A DNA stretch of 64,000 nt. Source: Eledone cirrhosa. Its lineage: Eukaryota. Position numbers and translations under genes: made by a program. The notes under the pieces were generated by a model that saw nothing but the letters and a program-made list of their open reading frames with translations, searched no databases and had not been told where the DNA came from. Below are positions 1 through 12,514 of this stretch, in pieces. The DNA lies in contig OZ024740.1 in the NCBI GenBank assembly GCA_964016885.1, positions 159,588,001-159,652,000 of the forward strand, given 5' to 3'. The first letter of the stretch is position 1, and each line of letters opens with the position of its first letter.

Positions 1-1213
1 AAAGTTCTAGTTTGTAGGAAAGAAAACAAGGCGGCGGTCCCTTCTGGGAAATGGTCGTGCTCGGTGTGTAGGAAAGGCGTAGGTAGAAACTCCATTTTAT
101 GTCCTAAATGCAAAGTATGGGTGCATAAAAGATGTAGTGGGATCACAGGTAAGCTAACTAAGAACATAGATTTTACATGTGGCCGGTGTTCTGGTGCAAT
201 AAGTAGCAGCAAGTGCCCACAAAATACTAGCTCTTTCAATTGCGCAGAGGGTTCTATAGAAATAGTGGACAGCTTCCGTTACCTGGGCGATAAAATCAGC
301 AGTGGCGGAGGGTGCTCTGAAAGTACAGTAGCTAGAGTCAGAACTGGTTGGAAAAAGTTCAGAGAGCTTATACCACTATTAGCTGCTAAAGGGTTCTCCC
401 TAAAAATGAAAGGCAGGTTGTACGATGCCTGCATACGAACAGCAATGTTGCATGGCAGTGAGACCTGGGCATTGTGTGCAGAGGATATACGCAGACTAGA
501 GAGGAACGAAGCTTGCATGCTCCGCTGGATGTGTAACAGTAATATACGTGAACGGGAAAGCATAAACGAACTAAGGAAAAAATTAGAGATAAGAGGGATC
601 AGATGTTGTTTACTCGAGAGAAGGCTACGTTGGTATGGACACGTGATGCGCATGAAAGTCGATAGCTGTATAACAAAGTGCAGGGCAATAAAGATAGACG
701 GTAGCCACGGAATAGGCAGACCTAGAAAAACCTGGGACGAGCTGATAAACTCCGACCTCACACACTTACACCTCTCCAAGACAATGTCACTGGACCGAGA
801 TCTTTGGCGGTACTCAGTAACAGAGAAGACCCGCCTTGCCAGTAGGCATCTCTAACAAAATACACCCCGTCCCACCACCACCACCCCCACCCCATCCACA
901 CCACCCCGTTCTATGTAAAGTTATGTTGGTGCCGCGCCATCCAGCCCGAAACAAATGAGATCGTGTAGGTGTCACGACAAAAAAAACACACAGTCCACGC
1001 TGTAATGTGGCCGTGTAGGCAACACGGTAAAAACCTCCCAGACCCACACTGTAAATGTGGTTGGTGTTAGGAAGGGCATCCAACTGTAGAAAACCTGCCA
1101 GACAGTCCTATGCGAGCAAGACAATCACTCTTGCCTCAAGTGGGACTACCCCCGTCCAAACCCATGCAAGCGTGGAACACAGACGTTAAACGTTGATGAT
1201 GATGATGATGATG
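1..1213 (+). mobile_element. Young RTE-clade LINE, 3' part (RT C-terminus with PHD-like finger, 3' UTR, (GAT)n tail); runs off window start
   Basis: ORF 64-855 has FRYLGD, LHGSETW, RLRWYGHVMR, GRPRKTW motifs typical of RTE ORF ends; (GAT)n tail at ~1195-1213; near-identical to copies at 17.6k, 38.3k and 44.4k. Confidence 0.93.
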
Positions 1214-1555
1214 ATATACATATATATAGTATATATATATATATAGTATATATATATATGTTTATAAATATATACCATTCAATTATTGAGGTCATCATTT
1301 TAATAATATTTACCGGCACACAAATCTCATGGCTTGTGCATAGATTAAAATCCATTATTGTATTCTATGTATTTTCTTTTGTTTTGTTGTGGTGACTTCC
1401 CATCTGTCAGGGTAGTCTGTGGTTTTGTCTTATTTCAAGGATATTGGAAAGTCATAGTTTCTTTGTGTTGGTGCGTGAAATTTTTGGTTTATCATTAGCA
1501 TGATCTAAACTAATTTTTGTATATCTATTTTTATATATTTTTATATATATATATG

Positions 1556-1856
1556 GAGGCACATGGCTTGGTGGTTGGAGCATTGGCCTTGCAATCGAAG
1601 GGTTGTGGGTTCAATTCTCGGACCGGGTGATGTGTTGTTTCCTTGAGCAGGACACTTTATTTCATATTGCTCCAGTTTACTCAGCTGTAGAAATGAGATG
1701 ATAGGGACTGGGGTCCCTATCATCTCATTTCTGAGTAAACTGGAGCAATGTGAAATGGGGTGTCTTGCTCGGGGACGCAACACATCGCTCGGACTGAGAA
1801 TTGAACTCACAACCTTTTGTTTGCAAGGCTAATGCTCTAACCACTGGGCCATGTGC

Positions 1857-1859
<3 letters not shown>
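1556..1859. repeat. Fold-back inverted repeat made of two tail-to-tail halves of a tRNA-derived SINE
   Basis: Arms of ~150 bp centred on ATAGGGAC-tggg-GTCCCTAT (1701-1720); each arm matches SINE copies at 5291, 19470 and 41657; tRNA-like A/B-box head at the outer ends. Confidence 0.92.
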
Positions 1860-1891
<32 letters not shown>

Positions 1892-1972
1892 CTATATATA
1901 TATATATATATACTATATATATATATATATACTATGTATATACTATATATATATATATATATATATAATCGA

Positions 1973-2010
<38 letters not shown>

Positions 2011-2074
2011 TATATATATATATATATACTATATATACTATATATATATATACTATATATACAATTTTCTTTTT

Positions 2075-2293
2075 TTAATCGATCGACTTTCGTCAAATCG
2101 GACCGAGGAAACAATGTTTCCATTGGTCTTTCCAATTGCTAATACTATCTATCGGTCGCAACTCCAGGTAGAAGAAGCAACGTGAAATAAAGTGTCTTGC
2201 TCAAGGACATAACGCATCGCCTGGTCCAGGAATCGAACTCACAACCTTACGATTGCGAATCCAATTCTCTAACCACTCAGCCACACGCCTTCA
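2075..2293 (-). mobile_element. tRNA-derived SINE (related subfamily)
   Basis: Minus strand reads TGGCTGAGTGGTTAGAG...GTGAGTTCGATTCC (A and B boxes) followed by CCTTGAGCAAGACACTT. Confidence 0.8.
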
Positions 2294-2461
2294 CATATAC
2301 AATATATATATACTATATAAACTATATATATATACTATATATACTATATATACTATATATATATATACTATATATACTATATATATATATATATATATAT
2401 ACTATATATACAATATATATATATTTATATACTATATATACTATATATATATATATATATA

Positions 2462-2496
<35 letters not shown>

Positions 2497-2501
2497 ATAT
2501 A

Positions 2502-2537
<36 letters not shown>

Positions 2538-2922
2538 TATATATACTATATATATATATATACGATATATATATATATAATATATGTATATATACTATAT
2601 ATATACTATATATATATACTATATATATACTATATATATATATATATACTATATATATATATTATATATATATATATATACTATATATATATATATATAT
2701 ATACTATATATATATATATATAGTATATAATCTAATGGGCAGTATATATAATATATATATATCTATATATATATACTATATATAAATATATATATATATA
2801 TAAATATATATATATATAGTATATATGTATATATATATAAATACTATATTATATTTAGAGATTAGACTCATAGTCGTTTACAATTAATCAGCTCGAAGAA
2901 AGAGGCATTTCTGAGCAGTGAA

Positions 2923-3478
2923 ATACAAGTTATATATTAATATATATGATAAACACAAGACGTGTTTGTATTTTAACAGACAAGGTTGGCCAGCATGAAG
3001 TGAACTAGTTGAAGTGAATACAGTTTGTCTGTCTCGATATGGTCAATAGGGACAGGCTTATATTGGCAAAAGCCGTGATTCCAGGACAAATTTGAATTTC
3101 AAAATCCAGACCCGCTCCATGGATGAATTTGAGCTTCGAAACACAAATATGTTTCGCAACGATGGTACATGAATTGAAGAATAATGAGAATCAAAATGGA
3201 GTTGAAATAAAAAGTGAAATATCCAAATTCATGTACCATCGTTGCGAAACATATTTGGGTTTCGAAGTTCAAATTCATCTAGGGAGCGGGTTTGGATTTT
3301 GAAATTTGAATTTGTCCAGGAATCGCGGCTTTTGCCAATATAAGCTTGTCTTTGTTGACTATATCGAGACGGACAAGTTGTATTCACTTTAGTTGGTCTG
3401 TTTCATGCTGGCTAACTTTGTCTGTTACAATACAAACACGTTTTGTGTTTATCATATATATTAATATATAAGTTGTAT
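2923..3478. repeat. Long inverted repeat, 253 bp arms, 50 nt loop, no indels
   Basis: Position x pairs with 6401-x from 2923/3478 to 3175/3226; 30 mismatches counted by hand. Confidence 0.95.
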
Positions 3479-4240
3479 ATATAAATATATATATATAGTA
3501 TATATATATAAAAATATATATACTATGTATATATAAATATATATATATACTATATATTTATATACTATATATACAATATATATATATACTATATATACTA
3601 TATATATATACTATATATACTATATATACTATATATACTATATATATATATATACTATATATACTATATATATATATATATACTATATATACTATATATA
3701 TATACTATATATATATATATATATATACCATATATATATATACCATATATATATATACTATATATATATATATAGTATATATATATACTATATATACTAT
3801 ATATATATATACTATATATATATATATATATATATACCATATATACTATATATATATATATATATATATACTATATATATATACTATATATACTATATAT
3901 ATATATACTATATATATATATATACAATATATACTATATATACTATATATATATATATACAATATATATATATATATATAGTATATATGTATATATATAA
4001 ATATATATATATATATATAGTATATATGTATATATATAAATATATATATATATATAGTATATATGTATATATATAAATGTATATATATAGTATATATATA
4101 TAGTATATTTATATATAGTATATATGTATATATATAAATATATATATATATAGTATATATGTATAAATATAAATATATATATATATAGTATATATATATA
4201 TGTATAGTATATATATATAAATATAAATATATATATAAAT

Positions 4241-4275
<35 letters not shown>

Positions 4276-4294
4276 GTGTATATATATATATATA

Positions 4295-4371
<77 letters not shown>

Positions 4372-4393
4372 TATATACATATAGTGTATATAT

Positions 4394-4424
<31 letters not shown>

Positions 4425-4470
4425 GTGTATATATATATATATATATATAGTGTATATATATATATATATA

Positions 4471-4508
<38 letters not shown>

Positions 4509-4660
4509 TATATATATATATATATAGTATATATATATATATATATAGTATATATATATAGTTTATATATATATATATAGTATATATATATAGTATATAT
4601 ATATATAGTATATATATATATATAGTATATATATATATATAGTATATATGTATATATATA

Positions 4661-4771
<111 letters not shown>

Positions 4772-5290
4772 TATATATATATATATATATATATAGTATA
4801 TATATATAAAGTATATATATATATATATAGTATATATATATATATATAGTATATATATAGTATATATATATGTATAATATATATATATATAGTATATATA
4901 TATATAGTATATATATATATATAGTATATATATAGTATATGTATATATATAGTATATATATATATATAATATATATATATATAGTATATATATATATAGT
5001 ATATATATATATAGTATATATATAGTATATGTATATATATAGTATATAAATATATATAGTATATATATATATATCGTATATATATATGATATATATATAG
5101 TATATATATATATATATAGTATATCTATATAGTATATATATATATATATATAGTATATATATATAATATATATATATGTAGTATATATATATATATATAA
5201 ATATATATATATATAGTAGTATATATATATATATAGTATATATATATATATAGTATATATATATAGTATATATATATATATAAATAAATA

Positions 5291-5590
5291 TGTTGAGAGT
5301 TCTATTCTCAGACCGGGTGATGTGTTGTTTCCTTGACCAAGACACTTTATTTCACATTGCTCCAGTTTACTCAGCTGTAGAAATGAGATGATAGGGACTG
5401 GGGTCCATATCATTCCACTGCAAAGTGGTCGTGGAGGTGCCACGGCAAAAAAACACCCAGAACTCACTGTAAATGAGGTTGGTGTTAGGAAGGGCATCCA
5501 GCTGTAGAAATCAAGCCAAAATCAGTTCCCGTCCCACCCTTGCAAGCAGGGAAAAAACGGACGTAAAATGAAATGAAATGAAAATGAAAT
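5291..5590 (+). mobile_element. tRNA-derived SINE, 5'-truncated, (GAAAT)n tail
   Basis: Same body as copies at 19470 and 41657; AGGAAGGGCATCCAGCTGTAGAAA module; tail at 5567-5590. Confidence 0.85.
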
Positions 5591-5597
5591 ATATGTG

Positions 5598-5684
<87 letters not shown>

Positions 5685-5701
5685 ATATATATATGTATAT
5701 A

Positions 5702-5734
<33 letters not shown>

Positions 5735-5736
5735 AA

Positions 5737-5768
<32 letters not shown>

Positions 5769-5797
5769 GTGTATATATATATATGTATGTATGTATG

Positions 5798-5832
<35 letters not shown>

Positions 5833-5850
5833 AATTATATATATATATAT

Positions 5851-6507
5851 ATCATCATCATCATCATCATCAACGTTTAACGTCCGTGTTCCACGCTTGC
5901 ATGGGTTTGGACGGGGGTATTCCCACTTGAGGCAAGAGTGATTGTCTTGCTCGCATAGGACTGTCTGGCAGGTTTTCTACAGTTGGATGCCCTTCCTAAC
6001 ACCAACCACATTTACAGTGTGGGACTGGGAGGTTTTTACCGTGTTGCCTACACGGCCACATTACAGCGTGGACTGTGTGTTTTTTTGTCGTGACACCTAC
6101 ACGATCTCATTTGTTTCGGCCTGGATGTTGTGGCACCAACATAACTTTACATAGGAGGGGGTGGTGTGGATGGGGTGTGGGTGGTGGGACAGGGGTGTAA
6201 TTTGTTAGAGATGCCTACTGGCTGTAGTAGGTTTTACTATGTATTTAGGTAAGGCGGGTCTTCTCTATTACTGAGTACTGCCAAAGGTCTTGGTCTAGTG
6301 ACATTGTCTTGGTGAGGTGTAAGTGTGTGAGGTCGGAGTTTATCAGCTCATCCCAGATTTTTTCTGGGTCTGCCTATTCCGTGGCTACCGTCTATCGTTA
6401 TTGCCCTGCACTTTGTTATACAGCTATCGTCCTTCATGCGCATTACGTGACCATACCAACGTAGCCTTCTCTCGAGTAGACAACATCTGATCCCTCTTAT
6501 TTCTAAT
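5851..6507 (-). mobile_element. Young RTE LINE, short 5'-truncated copy
   Basis: Reverse complement of the 3' end of the element at 1-1213; (ATC)n tail; both ends abut TA microsatellite. Confidence 0.9.
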
Positions 6508-6514
6508 ATGTATG

Positions 6515-6561
<47 letters not shown>

Positions 6562-6748
6562 ATATGTATATATATATATATATATGTATTAAGGATACTA
6601 TTTATGGTGTATGTATGTAATAAAACCTTTTATGGTAATATATTTTTTATACAAACCTTAAATAGTGAAAGATAGTCATTAATTACTATCTTATTACGAG
6701 TAAGATAAATAGCTCAATGTAATAACATCGGTTGTTTTACAGTGCAGT

Positions 6749-7442
6749 TATATAGAGATTACAATAATCAAAGTTCAGTTTAAATCATTTATTTGCTTAC
6801 AATTGTTTCCTCCAAACGGGGGTTTGGATTCTTCGGAGCAACTATTTAGTGATCTATAACATACTTGACCTCCTTTTCAACACAAGAGACATATAAAACA
6901 TATGCACATATTGATCCACAGTGGGATGACATTCATCAAAATGATATAGCATGGCAATTTACATATAAAGGTTAAAGGATAAAAATAAAGATAAAAATGA
7001 AAATAAAAATGAAGTGTTGGCAGTCTATGAAGATAAAGCAAGAGGAAAGTTTAGAATAGTCAGTGTATGAAACAATCTCACGTGTAGCATGCACGCGTGC
7101 ATGCTACACGCGAGATTGTTTCATACACTGACTATTCTAAACTTTCCTCTTGCTTTATCTTCATAGACTGCCAACACTTCATTTTTATTTTCATTTTTAT
7201 CTTTATTTTTATCCTTTAACCTTTATATGTAAATTGCCATGCTATATCATTTTGATGAATGTCATCCCACTGTGGATCAATATGTGCATATGTTTTATAT
7301 GTCTCTTGTGTTGAAAAGGAGGTCAAGTATGTTATAGATCACTAAATAGTTGCTCCGAAGAATCCAAACCCCCGTTTGGAGGAAACAATTGTAAGCAAAT
7401 AAATGATTTAAACTGAACTTTGATTATTGTAATCTCTATATA
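6749..7442. repeat. Near-perfect 694 bp palindrome with no spacer, probably Penelope-like-element-derived
   Basis: Centre GCACG|CGTGC at 7095/7096; one mismatch seen (7080 vs 7111); each arm holds a hammerhead-like motif. Confidence 0.9.
7350..7398 (+). ncRNA. Type I minimal hammerhead ribozyme-like motif (mirror copy at 6793-6841, minus strand)
   Basis: TTGCT-CCGAAGA-a-TCCAAAC-cccc-GTTTGGA-g-GAAA-CAATTG-TA-AGCAA: stems I and II, palindromic stem III ACAATTGT; U4C core variant. Confidence 0.65.
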
Positions 7443-7517
7443 TATGTATGTATATATATATGTATGTATATATATATATATGTATATATATACATACATA
7501 CATTTATATATATATAC

Positions 7518-7581
<64 letters not shown>

Positions 7582-7584
7582 ATA

Positions 7585-9312
7585 TCTATCTATCTAACTA
7601 TCTAAGGCGGGTAAAATTCCCGAGATCCATGGACGAGTTCTCTCCAGCGGTCTCTGTCCCTCATTATCGCTGCCATATCCTGCATCTCCAACAGACCAGT
7701 GTCTGTCCTTAGGGCATCAACATATGTTAACCTTGGTCTTACTCTTCTAGTGTGTCCATGTAGGGGCTCCCAAAGGAGCACTGAGTGCAATGTCAACTCT
7801 GGATGTCGGTGAGCATGTCCAGCCAACCTCAGTCTCCTCTGTGTCACTTTTGAGCTGACTTTTGGGATGCTCCCATACAGCTCTGAGTTTTTCATCCTCA
7901 GTGTATACTGATTAATGTTCAGAGCCATCCTCAGCATTCTCGTGTAGCACCCATCCACCATCTGAGTGAGTCTCTTGGTCAGTGTCCAAGTCTCAGACCC
8001 ATACAGCAGCACAGACTCCACTACAGCAATGAAGAGGCGGATTTTCAGGTCTCTACGAAGGTCCGACTTCCACACCGATCTCAAGCTGTGACACGCCGCC
8101 CAGGCCTTGCTCTTCCTCTCAACCACATCATCTTCCGTATTCCCAATCTTTGCTCCCAAATACAGGAAGTCCTCAACCAATTCCAGCAGCTTCCCGCCTA
8201 CATTAGTGATCCCCTCTGGCTTCTGAACATTCTCTACCAGATATTTTGTTTTAGTCTCATTCATTCTCAGCCCCACACTCATCGACACAGTCTCAACCTC
8301 CCGCATCAAATCCTCTGCCTCCTTCACTGTATTTGTCACCAAAACTATGTCGTCGGCAAATTCAGCATCCGATACCTTTTTCGCCCCAACTCTCCTGCTC
8401 TGAGCCGGTGCTACAGTAAAGCCAGTGTCCTGGTGTTTCTCCAGTGCAAGGCGCATACAATAGTCCACTACGATGATAAAAAGGTAGGGAGCCAATGTAT
8501 CTCCCTGGAGCACTCCAGCCAGTATCTCAAAGAACTCTGTCATCCCATCAGGTGTAATGACTTGGGCTTTGGTGTTGGTGTAGAGCAGTGATATCAGGTC
8601 CACTATCCTCTTGGGGATTCCATAAGCCTGTAAGATCTTCATCAGGCAGTAACGGTCCACAGAATCAAAGGCCTTCCTAAAGTCAATGAAAACCATGACC
8701 GCAGGAAGGCACATTGCTCTAGCTCCCTCTAATATCCTCCTCAGCATCAGGATGTGACTGGTGGTTGATCTACCCTCTCTGAAGCCGTTCTGGTTGTACC
8801 TGAGCTTCTTCTCCATCTCAGGCTGGATCCTGTTAAGAATCATCCTGTTGAGGGTCTTTGCCACAAGTGACGTCAGTGAGATCCCCCGGTAGTTGTTGGT
8901 GTTAGAGAGATCTCCCTTCTTTGGCACTGGGACGATGTTACTGATCCTCCACTGGTTCGGGGCAACTCCTTTCTCCAGTGCCCCGTTACAGAACCCCAGG
9001 ATGATATCATCAAAATCACACCTCTTCATCACCTCTGATGCCACTCCATCTTCTCCATGAGCCTTGCCCTCCTTGATCTTCTTCTTGGCTCTCTGAAGCT
9101 CCTCTCTGGTGAAGGGCTCTGTCTCAACATCCAGTTCCTCAAACAGCCGCCTGATCTCCCCAGTGCTCCGGGCTGTGGAGGGTGGCTCTCCTAGTAGGGT
9201 CCTAAAATGGTCTAGCCATTTCCTCTTCCTATCCTCGGGCCCCGTTCCCTGGATCTGACTCGAACACCTTTTCTTCCTCCCTGTGATCTCGTTGATGATC
9301 ATCCAGCTCTCC
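7585..9312 (-). mobile_element. Second RTE-like LINE family, 5'-truncated, uninterrupted RT ORF (7602-9302)
   Basis: 566 aa: [52 protein letters not shown]; (TAGA)n-like tail; flanked by microsatellites. Confidence 0.92.
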
Positions 9313-9314
9313 TT

Positions 9315-9377
9315 ACATGTATATATATATATATGTATATGTATGTATGTATGTATATATATATATATGTATGTATG

Positions 9378-9408
<31 letters not shown>

Positions 9409-9519
9409 ATATATATATGTATATGTGTATATATATATGTATGTATGTATGTATATATATATATGTATGTATGTATATATATATATGTATGTATGTATAT
9501 ATATATATGTATGTATGTA

Positions 9520-9555
<36 letters not shown>

Positions 9556-9711
9556 TGTGTATGTATGTATGTATGTATGTATGTATATGTATGTATGTAT
9601 GTATGTATATATATATATGTATGTATGTATATATATATATGTATGTATGTATATATGTATATGTGTATATATATATGTATGTATGTATATATATATATGT
9701 ATGTATGTATA

Positions 9712-9747
<36 letters not shown>

Positions 9748-9759
9748 TGTGTATGTATG

Positions 9760-9791
<32 letters not shown>

Positions 9792-9941
9792 TATGTATGT
9801 ATGTATATATATGTATGTATGTATATATATGTATGTATGTATGTATATATATGTATGTATGTATATATATATATATATGTATGTATGTAAATATATATGT
9901 ATGTATATATATATATATATGTATGTATGTATATATATATG

Positions 9942-10025
<84 letters not shown>
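9315..10025. repeat. (TATG)n/(TA)n compound microsatellite
   Basis: Seen directly. Confidence 0.95.
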
Positions 10026-10027
<2 letters not shown>

Positions 10028-10079
10028 TTTCTGAATTTGTTTAGTAAGATTCTTTATCTGAAAACGTGTGTTGAAACCG

Positions 10080-10603
10080 ATATTGTTATGCTTTGGGAGG
10101 GTCATGTTGCCAATAAGAAGCACACGCACCAGTGGCTTTCACTCCAATTTATTATAAATTAAATTTATAAATTTAAGAATTTATAAATTTCCGGTTGGTT
10201 AGTTGGTTCCATAACCGGACGGTCGTTCATATATTGTCAAAGTTCTTTCGTCACACATTCTGTGACATCTTCAGTGACTGGGGATTCTTTTCTTTGTTTT
10301 GTGCCTCTCCTTTGTTCTGTCCTACGCTATCTTGTTTTTGTGTGTTTTCAAAAACAAGATGGCATAGGACAGAACAAAGAAGAGGCATAAAACAAAGAAA
10401 AGAATCCCCAGTCACTGAAGAGGGCACAGAATGTGTGACGACAACCGTCCGGTTATGGAATGAACCAACCAACCAGAAATTTATAAATTTTTAAATTTTT
10501 AAATTTTTAAATTTATAAATTTAATTTATAATAAATTGGAGTGAAAGCAACTGGTGCGTGTGCTTCTTATTGGCAACATGACCCTCCCAAAGCATAACAA
10601 TAT
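10080..10603. repeat. Fold-back inverted repeat (~260 bp arms, 8 nt loop at 10341-10348) inside TA microsatellite
   Basis: Arms complementary with indels; the outer left part resembles 37655-37735 in reverse. Confidence 0.9.
10236..10278 (-). ncRNA. Type I minimal hammerhead ribozyme-like motif
   Basis: Minus strand: GTCA-CTGAAGA-t-GTCACA-gaatg-TGTGAC-GAAA-gaac-TT-TGAC; the opposite arm has lost the GAAA/stem III half. Confidence 0.6.
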
Positions 10604-12472
10604 ATATATATATATTTATATCATCATATAAATACACACATGCATACATAGACACATAGACATATAAAGCCTCTACTCTATGTATTGCAGACATTATTCT
10701 GATACTTCAAATACCAACAGACGTAATACGATTATAATTAAAATCTCTGGTGTATTGCCATTAAAATCTCTGGTGGTTCCATCTTTGGAGAAATTCAATT
10801 TATCTTCACATAAAACTAAACATGTTTACCATGTTTAGTGAAGAATTAAGTTTTGTTAAGTGATTTCTCTCTATTAATCTCAAAGAAAGTATTTTTGAAA
10901 ATTCTTCTCATTCTATCGGAATGTGTCTATATCCAGACTTTCAAAGTGGTGTGTATATGTGTGGAGTAGGGAGGTTGTATGTATTTATATGTATATATAT
11001 ATATGCATATGTGTGTGTATATAAATGAATGTCTATCAATATATGTATATAAATACATGTATATATAGATATTTCCCCCCTTTCACTCTTTCTCTTTTGC
11101 GCTCTCTTTACACACACATACACACATCTATATCTATATATATATGTATAGTTATTAGTTATGTGTGCATATATCTATGTACATGTTTAGTTATACACTC
11201 ATGTATATATATTTTATTGACGATTTCAAACTTTAAACCATTATAATTTCAAACACTGAATCTGTTGAGGTGGTTCTATTTATTTAGCTCCCCCCCCCCC
11301 CCCCCACACACACATACACACACATTCTCTCTCTCTTTCTCTTTCGCTTCAACACATTTTATAAATATGTTAGATTTATGAAATTATTAGTATATGTGTA
11401 TAATATGTATGTGTGTGTCTGTGTATTTAGGAACTACAGATAACCTTCATTTAATATTTCAGTTTTAAACATGAAATTTGTAAACTTTATGAATGTAAAT
11501 ATTACATCAGACAAACATGTACCACAGATTCACACCAGCTATCGATGCATCAACTAAAAGGAAGCTAAGGCAAAGTAAAAATTATGAATACATAGACAAA
11601 TCTTAATTGATAACACAAATGGAATAGGCCAACATCAGATTTGACTGTGCTCCAATTGTTTAATCAACCAAACAACTTTCTCATACTATTGATGTTTCAG
11701 TAGCTGAGCATTACTCAGACCCATGTTCCTTTAACCCTTTAGCATTTAAACCAGCCAAATCCAGCCAGAATTCTCTCACCTCTTTCTGTACAAACCAGAA
11801 GTAACTGGCTGCTTATACTGATGTTAAGGTATTGTTCTAAAAATATATAATATCAAAATCTCATAGCTTTGATATTATGTGAGATAATTATGTGAGATAA
11901 AGCCTTTACCATGAAAATATAATAGAATATATAGAGTAAAGTGAATACTAAATGGTTAATATACTTTTCAGGGAGATTTCATCACGACAAAGTGTGTAAC
12001 AAGGCTGGCTCTTTGAATTATAGGTACAGTCCATCTGATGGGCTTCCAACAATTTCTATTTGTCCAAATTCACTCACAAGGCAGGAGTCAATCCAAGGCT
12101 GTGGTAAATGACACTTGCCAAAAATGTCACAAAGTGGGATCAAACCTGGATCCCCATAATTGCGAAGTGAATTTCATACCCATTCATCAATGTTGCATCC
12201 ATGGTAACACAAATTATTTTTAATGGAAATCCTAAATGAACTAGAAGATTAATCATAGAAGATATATTCGTAGCTAAATCATCAATTTTTACATCCATGC
12301 TGGTAGAGATAGGATAAATTTTTTGGGGGAAGACTTTTATACATAGATCCCCTTCCTAATGCCAACACTCACTCTTTTTTTTTAAGTGACAGAATTTTGA
12401 GTAGCAGCATCTGTGGTTATTCATGACATAAAAATATCACTGTCTGCTATATTGAATGAAAAAAGAAAAGAT

Positions 12473-12514
<42 letters not shown>

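Noticed and set aside
279-779. Antisense ORFs over the RTE copies (also 8088-8591, 38905-39720, 44825-45765)
   Set aside because: Shadow frames of RT coding sequence; recurrence reflects copy identity.
3115-3160. GATGA...CGAAAC inside the edited hairpin
   Set aside because: No stem I partner; not called a ribozyme.
12475-12514. ~40 nt poly-C run
   Set aside because: Simple homopolymer with unreliable length; the polyproline ORF is incidental.
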